NCBI GenBank assembly: GCA_002342295.1
Contig: DDPR01000014.1
Span: 1 to 32,000, forward strand
Source: Burkholderiales bacterium UBA2463
GTDB taxonomy: Bacteria; Pseudomonadota; Gammaproteobacteria; Burkholderiales; Burkholderiaceae_A
Length of the DNA stretch: 32,000 nt
Reading direction: 5' to 3'
How positions within the stretch are numbered: the stretch's first letter is position 1; each line of letters begins with the position of its first letter. The notes under the pieces are model-generated. The model was not told the origin of the DNA. It searched no databases and saw only the letters and a program-made list of their open reading frames with translations. Made by a program: the position numbers and the translations under genes. Positions 15,932 to 27,186 of the stretch are shown piece after piece.

Positions 15932-17109
15932 TTGAGCAGCCCGTCCAAAATTGTTGCGACCCGAGACGCAGTGTTGCATTTCAGGCGCTCATGCAGGGCT
16001 CGGCATTCATTCTCGTAGCGCTGAACACGCGCTGCATCGCAGACAAAAGACTCGAGCGCGCGCGCAAGGGCGACCGCCTCGCAATCGTCCTGTACGAGCT
16101 CTGGAACAAGGTCCGGATGGACAAGTAAGTTGGGTAGTCCAATTCGGCTTACCAGCGCCTTGTTTCTCATCATGCGATAAGTAAGAGCCGGAACTCGGTA
16201 GCCAATCACCTGTGGACGCTTAAAGAGGGCCGCCTCAAGCGTTGCGGTTCCGCTGGCCACCAAAGCCGCCTCGCAGGCCTGCAACACCAAGTGGGAGATG
16301 GGCCGACCCACCTGGCAAGACTCGGGCAAGACAGGGCCCACCAGACGAACGCCTCGCTGCTGCGCACGCGGCCAACTCTTGAGCGCCTTGAGTCTTGGTC
16401 CGAGCTCCTCGGAGGCAAGCGGGATGAGAACCTCAAATCGATCGGCAAGGACACATGCGGCGCCCAAAAAGGCCTCCCCCACCAGTCGAATCTCCGAGTC
16501 TCTCGATCCGGGCAGAACCGCCAAGATCGGGCGCGCCGAGGCTGCCATTCCAAGGAGTTCTCGAGCCTGTCCTCGATCCGGAGCCTCTGGGATAAGGTCA
16601 GCAAGCGGGTGTCCGACATAGTGAGCCTGGACCCGCGTCTCTCTGTAGCAGTCGGGCTCGAAGGGAAAGAGGCAGAGCATGTGATCGACGGCCTCGGCAA
16701 TACGGCGAAGACGCTCTGGTCGCCACGCCCATATGGATGGACTCACCAGATGCACAGTGGGGATTCCCTCGCGTCGAAGACTCGCCTCGAGGGTGAGGTT
16801 GAAGTCGGGTGCGTCAACGCCCAAAAAAAGCCTAGGGGGTCTCGAAATGAGCCGAGCGCGCACATCTCTTCGGATGGCAAGAATCGACCCAAGCCGAGAG
16901 AGGGCTTCAAGATAACCTCTAACCGCAAGCCTCTGGGCATCGTGCCAACAATCCATACCCAGCGCCCGTAAATGAGAGCCCCCTATTCCCTCAAGGGCAA
17001 GCGAGCCGCCGCGGGAGGATCGAGCCCGCAGGAGCTGGCCCAGGGACTGCGCGGCAATGAGATCACCGGACGCCTCTCCGGCGACCAGTGCGAGTCGCTC
17101 AGGCGCCAT
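15928..17109 (-). CDS. lpxB: Lipid-A-disaccharide synthase
   Basis: 393 aa, LALVAGEASGDLIAAQ N-terminus, in the lpxA-lpxB-rnhB position. Confidence 0.93.
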   Translation of the reverse strand: MAPERLALVAGEASGDLIAAQSLGQLLRARSSRGGSLALEGIGGSHLRALGMDCWHDAQRLAVRGYLEALSRLGSILAIRRDVRARLISRPPRLFLGVDAPDFNLTLEASLRREGIPTVHLVSPSIWAWRPERLRRIAEAVDHMLCLFPFEPDCYRETRVQAHYVGHPLADLIPEAPDRGQARELLGMAASARPILAVLPGSRDSEIRLVGEAFLGAACVLADRFEVLIPLASEELGPRLKALKSWPRAQQRGVRLVGPVLPESCQVGRPISHLVLQACEAALVASGTATLEAALFKRPQVIGYRVPALTYRMMRNKALVSRIGLPNLLVHPDLVPELVQDDCEAVALARALESFVCDAARVQRYENECRALHERLKCNTASRVATILDGLLK

Positions 17110-17114
17110 GGACG

Positions 17115-17900
17115 CTAGCGAACGATTCCCCGCCCGGGTGCAGCCAAGAATTCCGTGAAGGGCTGCAGGGCCGCTGCGCAGTCGGTGGACGCCTCCTCCT
17201 CTGCGATACGAGTGAGAGCCTCGGCCAGCGTCAGACCCGTCTTGTAGACGGTCTTGTAGGCACGACGAAGGGTTGCAATCTGCTCTTCGGAAAAGCCTCG
17301 GCGACGCAGTCCTTCCGAGTTCACCCCATGGGCCGCGGCGGGATTCCCGGTGGCCATCACATAAGGCGGAAGATCCTGAATCAGCGTGGTTCCCGCCCCT
17401 GTCATGGCATGGGCACCAATACGAACAAACTGATGGACGCCCGTGATGCCACCGAGTATGGCCCAGTCCCCAACTTTCACGTGGCCCGCCAGCTGAACTG
17501 AATTGGCCATGATGACGTGCGAGCCCACCGAGCAGTCATGGGCGATGTGGACATAGGCCATGATCCAGTTGTCACTGCCAATTCGCGTGACCCCAGCATC
17601 CTGCGCTGTCCCGATGTTGACTGTGCAGCACTCCCGAAAGGTGTTCCGGTCGCCGATCTCGAGTCGAGTCTGCTCTTGCGCGTACTTTTTATCCTGGGGG
17701 ATGTTTCCAATGACTGCGTGCGAGTGAATCACATTCTCGGCCCCAAGGGTCGTGTGTCCGATGACCTGAGCAAACGGCATGAGGCGGCAGCCCTCCCCAA
17801 GCTTTACATGCGGCCCAACGATGCAGAAGGCCCCAATCTCAACAGAACTGTGGAGCTGCGCGCCGGAATCGACCAGTGCTGTGGAGTGAATCGTCGCCAT
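17115..17900 (-). CDS. lpxA: Acyl-ACP--UDP-N-acetylglucosamine O-acyltransferase
   Basis: 261 aa, IHSTALVDSGAQL..., hexapeptide repeats, in the fabZ-lpxA-lpxB order. Confidence 0.95.
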   Translation of the reverse strand: MATIHSTALVDSGAQLHSSVEIGAFCIVGPHVKLGEGCRLMPFAQVIGHTTLGAENVIHSHAVIGNIPQDKKYAQEQTRLEIGDRNTFRECCTVNIGTAQDAGVTRIGSDNWIMAYVHIAHDCSVGSHVIMANSVQLAGHVKVGDWAILGGITGVHQFVRIGAHAMTGAGTTLIQDLPPYVMATGNPAAAHGVNSEGLRRRGFSEEQIATLRRAYKTVYKTGLTLAEALTRIAEEEASTDCAAALQPFTEFLAAPGRGIVR

Positions 17901-18359
17901 TCAGCTGGTCTTCTGGCCCTGGGGAATTTCGCGAAGGGCGCACATCAGGTCGGCCTCTGCGGCGATCTGCCCATCAACGAGGGCCTTGGCCTTGTACTTC
18001 CATATCCCTCTCGCGTGCCGTTCGATATGCACCTCCAGCATCAGGACATCACCGGGACAGACGGGTCGTTTAAACCGCGCGTTGTCGATGCCAACAAAAA
18101 AATAGATGGACTCCTCATCGGCTTTGCTCTCAATCGTCTTAAACGAGAGGATGCCGGCTGCCTGTGCAAGGGCCTCAATGATGAGCACCCCGGGCATCAC
18201 TGCATAGTGAGGAAAGTGTCCGTTGAAGAACTCCTCGTTCCGAGTGACATTCTTCTGGGCCAAGATTCGCTCGCCCGGTGTGAGTTCGAGCACACGATCA
18301 ACCAAGATGAATGGGTAGCGGTGAGGAAGTGTGTCGAGGATTTCGCGGATATCCATCAT
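17901..18359 (-). CDS. fabZ: 3-hydroxyacyl-ACP dehydratase
   Basis: [25 protein letters not shown]...FFNGHFP...[15 protein letters not shown] at 18359; the track extension to 18539 runs into lpxD. Confidence 0.95.
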   Translation of the reverse strand: MMDIREILDTLPHRYPFILVDRVLELTPGERILAQKNVTRNEEFFNGHFPHYAVMPGVLIIEALAQAAGILSFKTIESKADEESIYFFVGIDNARFKRPVCPGDVLMLEVHIERHARGIWKYKAKALVDGQIAAEADLMCALREIPQGQKTS

Positions 18360-18384
18360 AGAAAGTGTCCGTTTTCTTTTTGTC

Positions 18385-19446
18385 TTAAGAGGTTTCGTTT
18401 GTTTTCCTGAGAGCTCGAACCTGATCACGAAGACTCGGAAGTCGGCGAACCATGACGGCAGACTTTTCCCACTCGCCCTCGGTCTGAAGCGGATAGACGC
18501 CGACGTATTTTCCGGATTCTCTGATTGAAGACATGACAAGGCTCATGGGGCCAATGACCGTGTGGTCCGCAATCTGAAGGTGGCCAAGGATGCCCGCGGC
18601 CCCCCCAATCTGGCAGTGACGGCCGATGCGGGCACTGCCGGCAATACCCACGCATCCTGCAATGGCAGTGTGATCGCCGATGAAGACGTTGTGCGCCACC
18701 TGAATGAGGTTATCGAGCTTTACACCGTCGCCCAGCACGGTATCGGAGAGGGTTCCGCGGTCGATCACGGTGTTTGCGCCGATCTCAACGTCATGGCCAA
18801 TGCGCACCGACCCCGTCTGAGGAATCTTCTCCCAGGTCTGAGCGGGCGTGGGCGCGAAACCAAATCCATCCGAGCCAATGACTGCGCCTGACTGAATCAC
18901 GACGCGCTCCCCAATCTGCACACTTCGGCCAACAAATACTCGGGCGTGAATGAGCGCCCCCCTGCCGATCTGCGCGCCAGACTCAACCACGGTCTGCGCG
19001 CCAATGTCGCAGTCGTCGCCAATCTGCGCCCCCGCCTCGATGACCACGCCCGCACCTATACGAAGCCTCATCCCAAGCCTGGCCTGCTCGTGAACCACCG
19101 CGCTGGGGTGAATCTGCGTGGTTAGCACCTCTTGGACTCGTTGGCGAGCCAACAGCATCTGGGCAGCGCGGGCAAAGTAGAGGTAGGGATCGTCCGTGAC
19201 GATCGCGCTGCCGGCCTTGGGCCTTGACCCCTCGAGGCCCGGTGGGATTAGCACCAGGCCTGCACGTGACTGCCGAAGACGGTCTTTGAGGCGATCGTGA
19301 ACGACAAACGCAGCCTCGTCTGGCCCGGCCTCATCGAGAGCGGAAAAACGACGCACTACGAAGGAGCCGTTACCCAGAAGCCGGCCACCCAGGTGGGCGA
19401 CCAGTTCTGCGGCCGTCAGACTATTTGGCTGTGGCGGCTTGACCAT
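18385..19446 (-). CDS. lpxD: UDP-3-O-(3-hydroxyacyl)glucosamine N-acyltransferase
   Basis: 353 aa, [19 protein letters not shown]-terminus, a long hexapeptide-repeat region. The start overlaps the skp 3' end by 26 nt. Confidence 0.94.
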   Translation of the reverse strand: MVKPPQPNSLTAAELVAHLGGRLLGNGSFVVRRFSALDEAGPDEAAFVVHDRLKDRLRQSRAGLVLIPPGLEGSRPKAGSAIVTDDPYLYFARAAQMLLARQRVQEVLTTQIHPSAVVHEQARLGMRLRIGAGVVIEAGAQIGDDCDIGAQTVVESGAQIGRGALIHARVFVGRSVQIGERVVIQSGAVIGSDGFGFAPTPAQTWEKIPQTGSVRIGHDVEIGANTVIDRGTLSDTVLGDGVKLDNLIQVAHNVFIGDHTAIAGCVGIAGSARIGRHCQIGGAAGILGHLQIADHTVIGPMSLVMSSIRESGKYVGVYPLQTEGEWEKSAVMVRRLPSLRDQVRALRKTNETS

Positions 19447-19948
19447 TCAAGGCGCGAAGCACCTTTTCGGTGATGTCGATGCGCGGGGAGGCGTAGACCG
19501 CCTCCTGAAAAATGATGTCGTATTTCTCGGACTCTGCGATCTGACGAATCGCCTTGTTTGCGCGCTCAACCACCACCGCGAGCTCCTCGTTCCGACGCTG
19601 GTTCAGATCCTCCCGGAACTCCCTCTGTCGCCGCTGGAGATCGCGCTCAAGGTCAGTGATTTCACGCTGTCGCTTGCCCCGGTCAGCCTCGCTGATCACG
19701 GGCGCATCTCGCTCAAGCTTCTCGGACATGCCCTTGAGCTTGGTGGCGAGCTCTTGAATCTCTTTTTCCCGCTTTGAGAACTCCCCTTCGAGCTTCTTTT
19801 GAGCAGCCTTGGCCATGGCCGCATCTCGAAGAACGCGCTCCGTGCTGACAAACCCAACCTTGGCCTCAGCCATGGCAGCCTGAGGGCAGTACAAGGCAAG
19901 TCCAGCCAGGGCAAAGCAGGAGAGAAAACTCTTTGATATCGCGCGCAT
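19421..19948 (-). CDS. skp: OmpH/Skp periplasmic chaperone
   Basis: Signal peptide MRAISKSFLSCFALAGLALYCPQAAMA, then a Lys/Glu-rich coiled coil. Position is between bamA and lpxD. ATG at 19948; the track start at 19966 is a TTG. Confidence 0.88.
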   Translation of the reverse strand: MRAISKSFLSCFALAGLALYCPQAAMAEAKVGFVSTERVLRDAAMAKAAQKKLEGEFSKREKEIQELATKLKGMSEKLERDAPVISEADRGKRQREITDLERDLQRRQREFREDLNQRRNEELAVVVERANKAIRQIAESEKYDIIFQEAVYASPRIDITEKVLRALNGQAATAK

Positions 19949-20010
19949 GATGAGTCGGGGTGTCAAGGGGTTGAGCGAATAATCCTTAGTGTCTCACAGC
20001 AGTCTGGGCT

Positions 20011-22386
20011 TCAGAAGCCGGTTCCGATCTGGAACTGCAGCCGCTGGGTCCGGTCGGTGGATTGCTTCCGAACCGCACTACCCATGCTGAGTTTGAGCGG
20101 CCCCACAGGCGAGAGCCAAGAGAGCCCCGCTCCAATAGAGGCTCGAAGATCGCTGGGGCTCAAGTCCGCACCCTCTGCCCAGACCGTTCCCGCGTCGAGA
20201 TAGGTAAACAACCGAATCGTGCGGTCTTGGGCCATCCCCGGGAGCGGGAAGAGTAGTTCGTTATTCACAATAAACCGACGGTTGCCGCCCAAAGCTGGCG
20301 AGATGCCGGCGCTCGTACAGGTGCTGGTGGTACAGACCGGCCCAATTGAACTGTTCTGGAATCCTCGAACAGAACCAATACCTCCGGCATAGAAGTTTTT
20401 GGTGGCGGGGAAATCCTTGCCAGACAGGCCCAGCCCGTAGCCCAACTCGGTATTCAGAGCATAGGTGGTGGTCTTGGTAAGGGGCGTAAACCACTGATGG
20501 CCATAGGTGAGGCGAAGATACTCCAGCTCCCCCGCTGGCGTGCCGTAGTCACCACTGAGGTACTGGTAGCGACCGCTGGTGGGCGCAATTGCAGAATCTC
20601 GGGAGTCCCGAGACCATCCCAGCGTGAGTAACACCGCATTGGCTGAACTCCCAAACTTGCTCACGAACGTCTGAAGATTGGGCGTGTAGGTGAGTGTCCC
20701 GTTGACCTCGGACTGTTCAACCGCGGTGCCAAAGAAGACACGGTCATACTCGGTGTAAGGAACGCCGAAGCGCACGCCTGCCCCGGTATTCTTGATGCTG
20801 TAGTTACTCAGGCTGCTGACGTTGTACGCATTAAACGTTCGCGTATAAAGGTCGAAGGCTCGGCTTACGCCATCGTCTGTCCAATAAGGATCCACGTGAG
20901 AGAGCGCGATGGTTCTGTTGACCTTGCCAGTGTTCACGGCCAAAGAGAGGTCGGTTCCGGTTCCCAAAAAGTTCTGCTGGCTGATGGAGCCCGACAAGAC
21001 AAACTTGTCGGAACTCGAGAAGCCGATTCCGAGGCTGAGGCTTCCAAGGGGCCGCTCCTCCACCTTGACGTTGACGTCGACCTGATCAGGCGTGCCGACC
21101 ACCGCCTCGGTATCGACCTCAACGGTCTTAAAGTAGCCTAGACGGTCCACTCGGTTTCTCGAGAGGCGGATGCGCTCGCTGTCATACCAGGAGGCCTCGA
21201 ATTGGCGCATTTCGCGACGAATGACCTCATCGCGAGTCTTCGAATTGCCGCTGATGTTGATGCGTCGAACATAAACGCGCCGACCCGGGTCGACCTGCAA
21301 AACGAAGTCGACGACCTTTTTATCTCGATCGGTTCGAGGGACCGGATTCACATTTGCAAAGGCGTAGCCCAACTCCCCGAGCCGATTCGTGATTGCCTTG
21401 GCGACCGCTTGGAGCTTCTCTTGCGAGAAGGTCTCCCCCGACTTGATGGTGAGGAACCTCTTAAAGCTCTCGTCCTGCCCGAGGAGGTCACCCGCGAGAC
21501 TGAGTTGGCCAAATTGGAACTTCTCGCCCTCATTCACGACGAGCGTGATAAAGACGTCCTTTCGATCGGCCGACAGAGACACCTGCGTGGAGTCAAGGAC
21601 GTATTCGAGGTACCCCTGGTTCAGATAGAACGACCTCAGGGCCTCAATGTCACCTGTCAGCTTTTGACGCGAGTACTGGTCAGACTTCGTATACCAAGAC
21701 ATCCAGGTGGGCGTCGAGAGCTTGAATTCACCGAGCAGGTCTTTCTCTTTGAATGCCTTCGCACCAATGATCCGAATCTGCTTGATACGTGCGTCCTCCC
21801 CCTCATCGATTGCAAGAGAGACCGCCACGCGATTGCGCTCAAGCGGAGTGATGGTTGACGTAATTTGAACGTCGTACTTTCCGCGTCCCAGATACTGGCG
21901 CTTGAGTTCCTGCTCGGCGCGATCAAGGAGTGCGCGGTCAAATATCCTGGCCTCTGCAAGTCCAGAGTCGGCCAGCGCCTTCTTGAGTGTGTCCTTATCA
22001 AATTCTTTTGCACCAATAATCTCAATGGCTCCGATGGCGGGCCGCTCCTCGACGCGCACCACGAGGATCGATCCTTCAAGCTCCACCTGCACATCCTTAA
22101 AAAAACCTGTGGCAAAGAGGAGTCGAACTGACTCTGCAATGCTCTTCTCGGAGATGCGATCACCCGCGCGAATCGGCAGATAGGAGAACACCGTACCGGG
22201 CTCAATGCGGGATAGGCCCTCAATACGCACATCCTGAACCACGATGCCGGATACGCCGCCTGTGTCGGCAGCAGCTGGCCGAACAGGCTCAGGCAGTTGA
22301 AGCTGGGACCACGCCGGGGCAGCTTGCGACACGAGAGCCATCGCAATGGCCAGGCTGAGAAGGCGGGGTTGAGGCTGAAGGGGCAT
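20011..22386 (-). CDS. bamA: Outer membrane protein assembly factor BamA
   Basis: 791 aa from the ATG at 22386 with a signal peptide, POTRA-like repeats, and a C-terminal beta-barrel ending ...RLQFQIGTGF. Confidence 0.94.
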   Translation of the reverse strand: MPLQPQPRLLSLAIAMALVSQAAPAWSQLQLPEPVRPAAADTGGVSGIVVQDVRIEGLSRIEPGTVFSYLPIRAGDRISEKSIAESVRLLFATGFFKDVQVELEGSILVVRVEERPAIGAIEIIGAKEFDKDTLKKALADSGLAEARIFDRALLDRAEQELKRQYLGRGKYDVQITSTITPLERNRVAVSLAIDEGEDARIKQIRIIGAKAFKEKDLLGEFKLSTPTWMSWYTKSDQYSRQKLTGDIEALRSFYLNQGYLEYVLDSTQVSLSADRKDVFITLVVNEGEKFQFGQLSLAGDLLGQDESFKRFLTIKSGETFSQEKLQAVAKAITNRLGELGYAFANVNPVPRTDRDKKVVDFVLQVDPGRRVYVRRINISGNSKTRDEVIRREMRQFEASWYDSERIRLSRNRVDRLGYFKTVEVDTEAVVGTPDQVDVNVKVEERPLGSLSLGIGFSSSDKFVLSGSISQQNFLGTGTDLSLAVNTGKVNRTIALSHVDPYWTDDGVSRAFDLYTRTFNAYNVSSLSNYSIKNTGAGVRFGVPYTEYDRVFFGTAVEQSEVNGTLTYTPNLQTFVSKFGSSANAVLLTLGWSRDSRDSAIAPTSGRYQYLSGDYGTPAGELEYLRLTYGHQWFTPLTKTTTYALNTELGYGLGLSGKDFPATKNFYAGGIGSVRGFQNSSIGPVCTTSTCTSAGISPALGGNRRFIVNNELLFPLPGMAQDRTIRLFTYLDAGTVWAEGADLSPSDLRASIGAGLSWLSPVGPLKLSMGSAVRKQSTDRTQRLQFQIGTGF

Positions 22387-22388
22387 GT

Positions 22389-23759
22389 TTAAAAGGGTCC
22401 AAAGAAGCGCAGAACATCGCTGGCGAGCGCAAGAATGGTGAGAGCGAGGATGAGGGCCAGCCCTATGCGCTGACCGGCTCTCTGGACAGCCTCGGGCAAG
22501 GGTCGACCGCGAATCCACTCGAAGAAATGATACAGGAGGTGCCCCCCATCCAGCAGGGGCAAGGGCAACAGATTCAACACGCCGATGCTCACGCTCACAA
22601 GCCCCAAGAAACTGAGGAAGGCAAGAGGTCCATGCGCAGCTGACTGGCCGGCAGCGTCTGCAATGCTGGCTGGGCCACTGAGCTGGCGCCAGGAGAGATC
22701 GCCCATGAGCATGCGGCCCATGGCCTTTAACGAGAGCTCGGCAGTCTGAATGGTTCGCAGAACGCCAAGCCAGGCAGCCTCAAAGAAGCCCGCCCGGCGC
22801 TCGACCAACTCGGTGGCCGCCGCGAGGCCGATGCCAAGCCGAGGCGAACCGCTCGAGTCTCTGGCTGGCTCGAGCCTGATGTGTCGACGGGTTCCCGGCT
22901 TTTCCTCGTGCGAGAGCGCGTCGGTGGTCTCGACCACCTCGAGCTCGATGGGCGCCCCTGCGCCCTGCTTCACTCGGGAAATGAGCTCATCGGGTCGAGA
23001 GACCATGACGCCATCTGCGCCCAGAATCACAAGCCCTGGCAAGAGGCCAGCCCGCTCAGCTGGACTTCCCGGAAGAACTCGGGTGATGACGACCGCCCTA
23101 GACTCGGGCGCAAGCCCGGTTCGAGCGAGAGTGGCCTCCGGGTCTTCCTCAGCCTTTGTGCTTGCAGGCACGACGAGCAGAAGCTCTCGGGCCTGACCAT
23201 CCGACCCCAAAACGGAAAGCTGGGTGCGAATCTCGCCACGACCGATGGCCTGACGCAGCAGATGCCAACGCACCTCAGAGAACGATCGAATGGCCTGACC
23301 GTCCACCTCGAGGATACGATCCGAGCCCCTGAGTCCGGCCAACGCGGCAGGTGAGTTCGCCAAGGGCTGCTCAACAATCGGTGCAGGCTCGGTCCTGCCA
23401 ATCATGGCGAGGCAGGTGAAGGCAATCGCCGCGAAGACCAAATTGACCAGAGGGCCGGCCACCACGATCCACGACCTCGCCCGAAGGGACTTTGAGGCGA
23501 AGTCACTTCCTGGGCTCGCCAGAGCCGGGGCCTCCCCAGCTGCAGCGTCATCCCACATCTTCACGTAGCCACCGAGCGGCAGAAGGGCCAAGACCCACTC
23601 GCAGCCCCTGCGATCTCGCCAGGCCACGAGTTTCGGTCCGAAGCCCACAGAAAATCGCTCCACATAAACGCCCACAGTGCGAGCGGCCGCATAGTGGCCC
23701 ATCTCATGCAAAAACACGAGAAGACCAACCGCAAGGAGAAATGAAAAGGCCGTCGTCAT
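22389..23759 (-). CDS. rseP: RIP zinc metalloprotease RseP
   Basis: HEMGH zinc motif near the N-terminus, PDZ region, LNLLPLPLLDGGH motif. The ATG at 23759 forms an ATGA overlap with the dxr stop. Confidence 0.94.
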   Translation of the reverse strand: MTTAFSFLLAVGLLVFLHEMGHYAAARTVGVYVERFSVGFGPKLVAWRDRRGCEWVLALLPLGGYVKMWDDAAAGEAPALASPGSDFASKSLRARSWIVVAGPLVNLVFAAIAFTCLAMIGRTEPAPIVEQPLANSPAALAGLRGSDRILEVDGQAIRSFSEVRWHLLRQAIGRGEIRTQLSVLGSDGQARELLLVVPASTKAEEDPEATLARTGLAPESRAVVITRVLPGSPAERAGLLPGLVILGADGVMVSRPDELISRVKQGAGAPIELEVVETTDALSHEEKPGTRRHIRLEPARDSSGSPRLGIGLAAATELVERRAGFFEAAWLGVLRTIQTAELSLKAMGRMLMGDLSWRQLSGPASIADAAGQSAAHGPLAFLSFLGLVSVSIGVLNLLPLPLLDGGHLLYHFFEWIRGRPLPEAVQRAGQRIGLALILALTILALASDVLRFFGPF

Positions 23760-24958
23760 GCCTCTTTGGAAATCCAATCGTCTGTGGCCTTGCGAGCCAG
23801 CCGATCAATCTCCAAAACATCCTCTAGGCAGGTCGGCTCCTGAAGACCGCTCTGAAGCGCATTGAGCACATGGTCGCAGGCCTGGCCCATGGCCACGAAG
23901 GAGATTCGCTCCGCAAGAAAGGCGGCAACGGCCTGCTCATTGGCGCCATTGAGCAGATTGGTCGCAAGGGAACCAGATTCCATGCAACGCCGAGCCATCG
24001 CGAGCGCGGGGAATCGCTCGGTGTCTGGGGGTTCAAAGCGAAGGCTGCGCGTCATACTCCAGTCGAGTGCGTCAACCCCTGCGGACATGCGCTCAGGCCA
24101 TGCGAGACAGGCTGCAATCGGTGTTCGCATGTCGGGTGTTCCCAGCTGCGCGAGTGTGGAGCCATCGGTGAACTCCGCCATGGAGTGCACCACACTTTCT
24201 GGATGGACAACAACCTCCAGCATGCTGCCCGGAACCTGGAAGAGCCAGTGCGCCTCAATCAGCTCAAGCCCCTTGTTCATGAGCGTCGCAGAGTCAACGG
24301 AAATCTTCTGCCCCATTGACCAGGTCGGGTGCTTCACAGCCTGGGTCACTGTGGCGAGTGCCATCTGCTCACGGGTCCATTCCCGAAAGGGCCCACCCGA
24401 CGCCGTGAGGATGAGCCGTCGAAGGTGAGAAGGTCGGGAGAAGCATTTGTAGTGCGGCCCGAGACACTGAAAGATGGCGTTGTGCTCGCTATCAACGGGC
24501 AAAACAACTGCGCCCGACCGCTGGGCTTCCGACACGAGCAGAGCACCTGCGCAGACCAGGGCCTCTTTGTTGGCCAGTAACACGCGATGCCCCGCACGGA
24601 CAGCAGCCCAGACGCTCGGAAGACCCGCCACACCCACGATGGCCGCAACCACCGCATCGGCATCTGATAGCCCTGCCATCGACTCAAGGCCCTCCGGGCC
24701 CTCCAAGATCTCGAGCTGCGCCAAGGCGAGGTCCGAGGAGGCCACCGCCTTGGCTCGGAAAGCCGCTGCTGCTTGGGGGTCGGAGATGCAGACGACTCTG
24801 GGCGAAAACTCACGCACAGCCGCAAGCAGCCCTTCGATGTCGGAGTGCGCACTGAGCCCCAATACCTCGAATTGATCTCGATGTTGGCGGACCAAGTCGA
24901 GGGTGCTCGCACCAATCGAGCCCGTGGCCCCCAGAACAATGAGTCGTTGCATACGCAT
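23756..24958 (-). CDS. dxr: 1-deoxy-D-xylulose-5-phosphate reductoisomerase
   Basis: LIVLGATGSIGASTLDLV NADPH-binding N-terminus, LANKEALV, DSEHNAIFQCL. Confidence 0.96.
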   Translation of the reverse strand: MRMQRLIVLGATGSIGASTLDLVRQHRDQFEVLGLSAHSDIEGLLAAVREFSPRVVCISDPQAAAAFRAKAVASSDLALAQLEILEGPEGLESMAGLSDADAVVAAIVGVAGLPSVWAAVRAGHRVLLANKEALVCAGALLVSEAQRSGAVVLPVDSEHNAIFQCLGPHYKCFSRPSHLRRLILTASGGPFREWTREQMALATVTQAVKHPTWSMGQKISVDSATLMNKGLELIEAHWLFQVPGSMLEVVVHPESVVHSMAEFTDGSTLAQLGTPDMRTPIAACLAWPERMSAGVDALDWSMTRSLRFEPPDTERFPALAMARRCMESGSLATNLLNGANEQAVAAFLAERISFVAMGQACDHVLNALQSGLQEPTCLEDVLEIDRLARKATDDWISKEA

Positions 24959-24976
24959 GGAGTATGGCCTGAGGGA

Positions 24977-25795
24977 TTAAAACCCCGGCCAGGCGAACAG
25001 CACGGCCAGAGGGGTGGTTGCCAGTAAAGCATCTAGACGGTCAAAGACCCCCCCGTGGCCTGGCAAGAGCCCGCCGGAGTCCTTCACCTGAGCCTGCCTC
25101 TTTAACAAGGACTCATGCAGGTCGGCCATGACAGAGACGGCTGTGATGAGGGCTGTAATCATCACGAGGCCGTCGAGGCCCCATGCATCGGCAGTCCACG
25201 CAGGCCAGCTACCCGCCCACTCCTCTTCGGCCCAGAGTACCCAGAGGAGGTTCGCCACAACGGCTCCCAACACACCCTCCCAGGTCTTTCCCGGGCTGAT
25301 GCTTGGGGCGAGCTTGCGCCGCCCCAGCGCGCGTCCGGTGAAGTAGGCTGCGGTATCGGCGACCCACACCAAAAGGAGAACGGAGAGCAAAAACTCTAGG
25401 CTCTCTGAACGAGCGGCCCACAAGGCAAGAAAGCAGGCCAGGCATGCCCACCAAGCAAAGACGACCCCGGACCCTCCCCTCGGCGTGGCGTGTCGAGCGA
25501 GGGTCAGTGGTACGAAGATGAGCCATGCAAAGGCGGCCGGAAGCATCACGTACACGATGGCATCCTCGGGCGCGAACCAGCCGTCCGCAATCAGGGCAAG
25601 GCCGCAAGCCAGGAGCATGGCCAGAGCCGCCCAGCGTGGACCCTCCGCGAGGTCGAGGAGTTTTAGCCATTCGCGCAGGCAGAGCGCCATGCAAGCAAGA
25701 CAGACTCCAGCGAACCAGCGCGTGGGGGCAAAGTAAACCAGGGGAAGAAGGAGGGCTAAGAGAACAACCGCGGTCAGAACCCGGGTTCTCAGCAT
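24977..25795 (-). CDS. cdsA: Phosphatidate cytidylyltransferase
   Basis: 272-aa polytopic membrane protein with the [27 protein letters not shown] signature. Position is between uppS and dxr. Confidence 0.93.
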   Translation of the reverse strand: MLRTRVLTAVVLLALLLPLVYFAPTRWFAGVCLACMALCLREWLKLLDLAEGPRWAALAMLLACGLALIADGWFAPEDAIVYVMLPAAFAWLIFVPLTLARHATPRGGSGVVFAWWACLACFLALWAARSESLEFLLSVLLLVWVADTAAYFTGRALGRRKLAPSISPGKTWEGVLGAVVANLLWVLWAEEEWAGSWPAWTADAWGLDGLVMITALITAVSVMADLHESLLKRQAQVKDSGGLLPGHGGVFDRLDALLATTPLAVLFAWPGF

Positions 25796-26583
25796 GAGCG
25801 CTCGGTAGGTGACTCTGAGAGTTGCGTGGGTGCACGGCCAAACCGCCGCTCACGCCGTCGGTAAGACTCAAATGCCTCGTCTAGCGCCTGCGCATCAAAG
25901 TCGGGCCAGAGGCAAGGCGTGAAATAGCATTCAGTGTAGGCGATCTGCCAGAGCAGAAAGTTACTGATTCGCGTCTCTCCGCCCGTGCGAATGAAGAGAT
26001 CGGGTTCGGGAAGATCGGCAAGCGAGAGATAAGGCGCAAGATCTTCCTCGCCAATCCTCGCGCCGAGGGCCGCTTTATCAGGGTGCTCATCAAGCATTCG
26101 GCGCATCGCAGAGAGGAGGTCCCAGCGACCACCGTAATTCACAGCCACGCTCAGCACGAGGCCTCGATTGTCTCGCGTTTGTTCCTCGGCCTTCGCAATA
26201 GCCTGTCGAAGTTTGGCATTGAAGGCGCTCAAATCACCAATCACCCGAAGCTGTACACCCGCCTCGTGCAGTGCCTTCACCTCACGCTGCAGCGCCACAA
26301 GGAAGAGATTCATGAGGAAGCTGACTTCTTCCTCAGGGCGTCGCCAATTCTCGGAACTGAAGGCAAAAACGGTCAGCGCCTGCACGCCGCGCTCAGCGCA
26401 GGCTCTCACCACCTCTCGAAGTGTATTCACGCCGCGCTCGTGTCCAGCCATGCGAGGAAGTCGACGTGAGGCCGCCCAGCGACCGTTACCATCCATGACA
26501 ATGGCCACGTGCCGAGGCGTTTGCGACACCTCGGGAATCTCCAGGGTCGAACTCACCGGTAACTTGGACGGGCTGCTTGGCAT
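25789..26583 (-). CDS. uppS: Di-trans,poly-cis-undecaprenyl-diphosphate synthase
   Basis: [24 protein letters not shown], and [20 protein letters not shown]. Confidence 0.96.
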   Translation of the reverse strand: MPSSPSKLPVSSTLEIPEVSQTPRHVAIVMDGNGRWAASRRLPRMAGHERGVNTLREVVRACAERGVQALTVFAFSSENWRRPEEEVSFLMNLFLVALQREVKALHEAGVQLRVIGDLSAFNAKLRQAIAKAEEQTRDNRGLVLSVAVNYGGRWDLLSAMRRMLDEHPDKAALGARIGEEDLAPYLSLADLPEPDLFIRTGGETRISNFLLWQIAYTECYFTPCLWPDFDAQALDEAFESYRRRERRFGRAPTQLSESPTERSC

Positions 26584-26607
26584 AGCGCTCTGGGCTTCAA
26601 AGACCGC

Positions 26608-27168
26608 CTAGACGGTCATGACCTCGGCCTCTTTCTGGGCCAGGAGTTTGTCGATGTCAGCGACAAATTTATCGGTGAGTCTTTGAATCTCTTCCTGCGC
26701 TCGACGCTCATCGTCCTCAGAAATCAGTTTGTCCTTGACCGCTTTTTTCAGTTGATCATTTGCGTCGCGCCGCGCATTGCGAATCGAGACCTTGCTCTCC
26801 TCGCCCTCCGTTCGAACCACCTTGGTAAGTTCTCGGCGTCGTTCCTCGGTGAGAGCGGGCATCGGAACGCGAATAAGGTCTCCGCTTGAGGCAGGGTTCA
26901 GGCCAAGGTCGGACTCACGGATGGCTTTCTCGACAACGGCCACCATCTTTTTCTCCCAGGGGGCCACGCCGATGGTGCGCGCATCGATCAGCGTAAGGTT
27001 CGCCACCTGAGAGAGCGGAGTGGGGTTGCCGTAGTAATCGACCTGGAGTCCCTCGAGCAGGCCAGGGTGAGCGCGACCCGTCCTGATCTTCCCGAGGCTA
27101 TTTTTCAAGGAGTCAAGCGAGCGCGTCATCTTCTGCTCAGCGGACTGTCGAACTTCCTGGGGCGTCAT
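26608..27168 (-). CDS. frr: Ribosome recycling factor
   Basis: 186 aa, typical Frr sequence ([21 protein letters not shown]...[15 protein letters not shown]). Confidence 0.97.
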   Translation of the reverse strand: MTPQEVRQSAEQKMTRSLDSLKNSLGKIRTGRAHPGLLEGLQVDYYGNPTPLSQVANLTLIDARTIGVAPWEKKMVAVVEKAIRESDLGLNPASSGDLIRVPMPALTEERRRELTKVVRTEGEESKVSIRNARRDANDQLKKAVKDKLISEDDERRAQEEIQRLTDKFVADIDKLLAQKEAEVMTV

Positions 27169-27186
27169 CTTCTCCCTCCAAAAACG

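Noticed and set aside
17517-18410. 297-aa plus-strand ORF
   Set aside because: It is antisense to lpxA and fabZ, a high-GC artefact.
21202-22346. ORFs 21202-21858 (+) and 21657-22346 (-)
   Set aside because: They are antisense or out-of-frame within bamA.
15341-23759. ATGA start/stop overlaps (dxr-rseP, lpxB-rnhB, rnhB-methyltransferase) and short gene overlaps (skp-lpxD 26 nt, uppS-cdsA 7 nt, map-glnD 44 nt, ppsR/methyltransferase convergent 13 nt)
   Set aside because: This is ordinary translational coupling and tight packing in this conserved operon cluster, not unusual.
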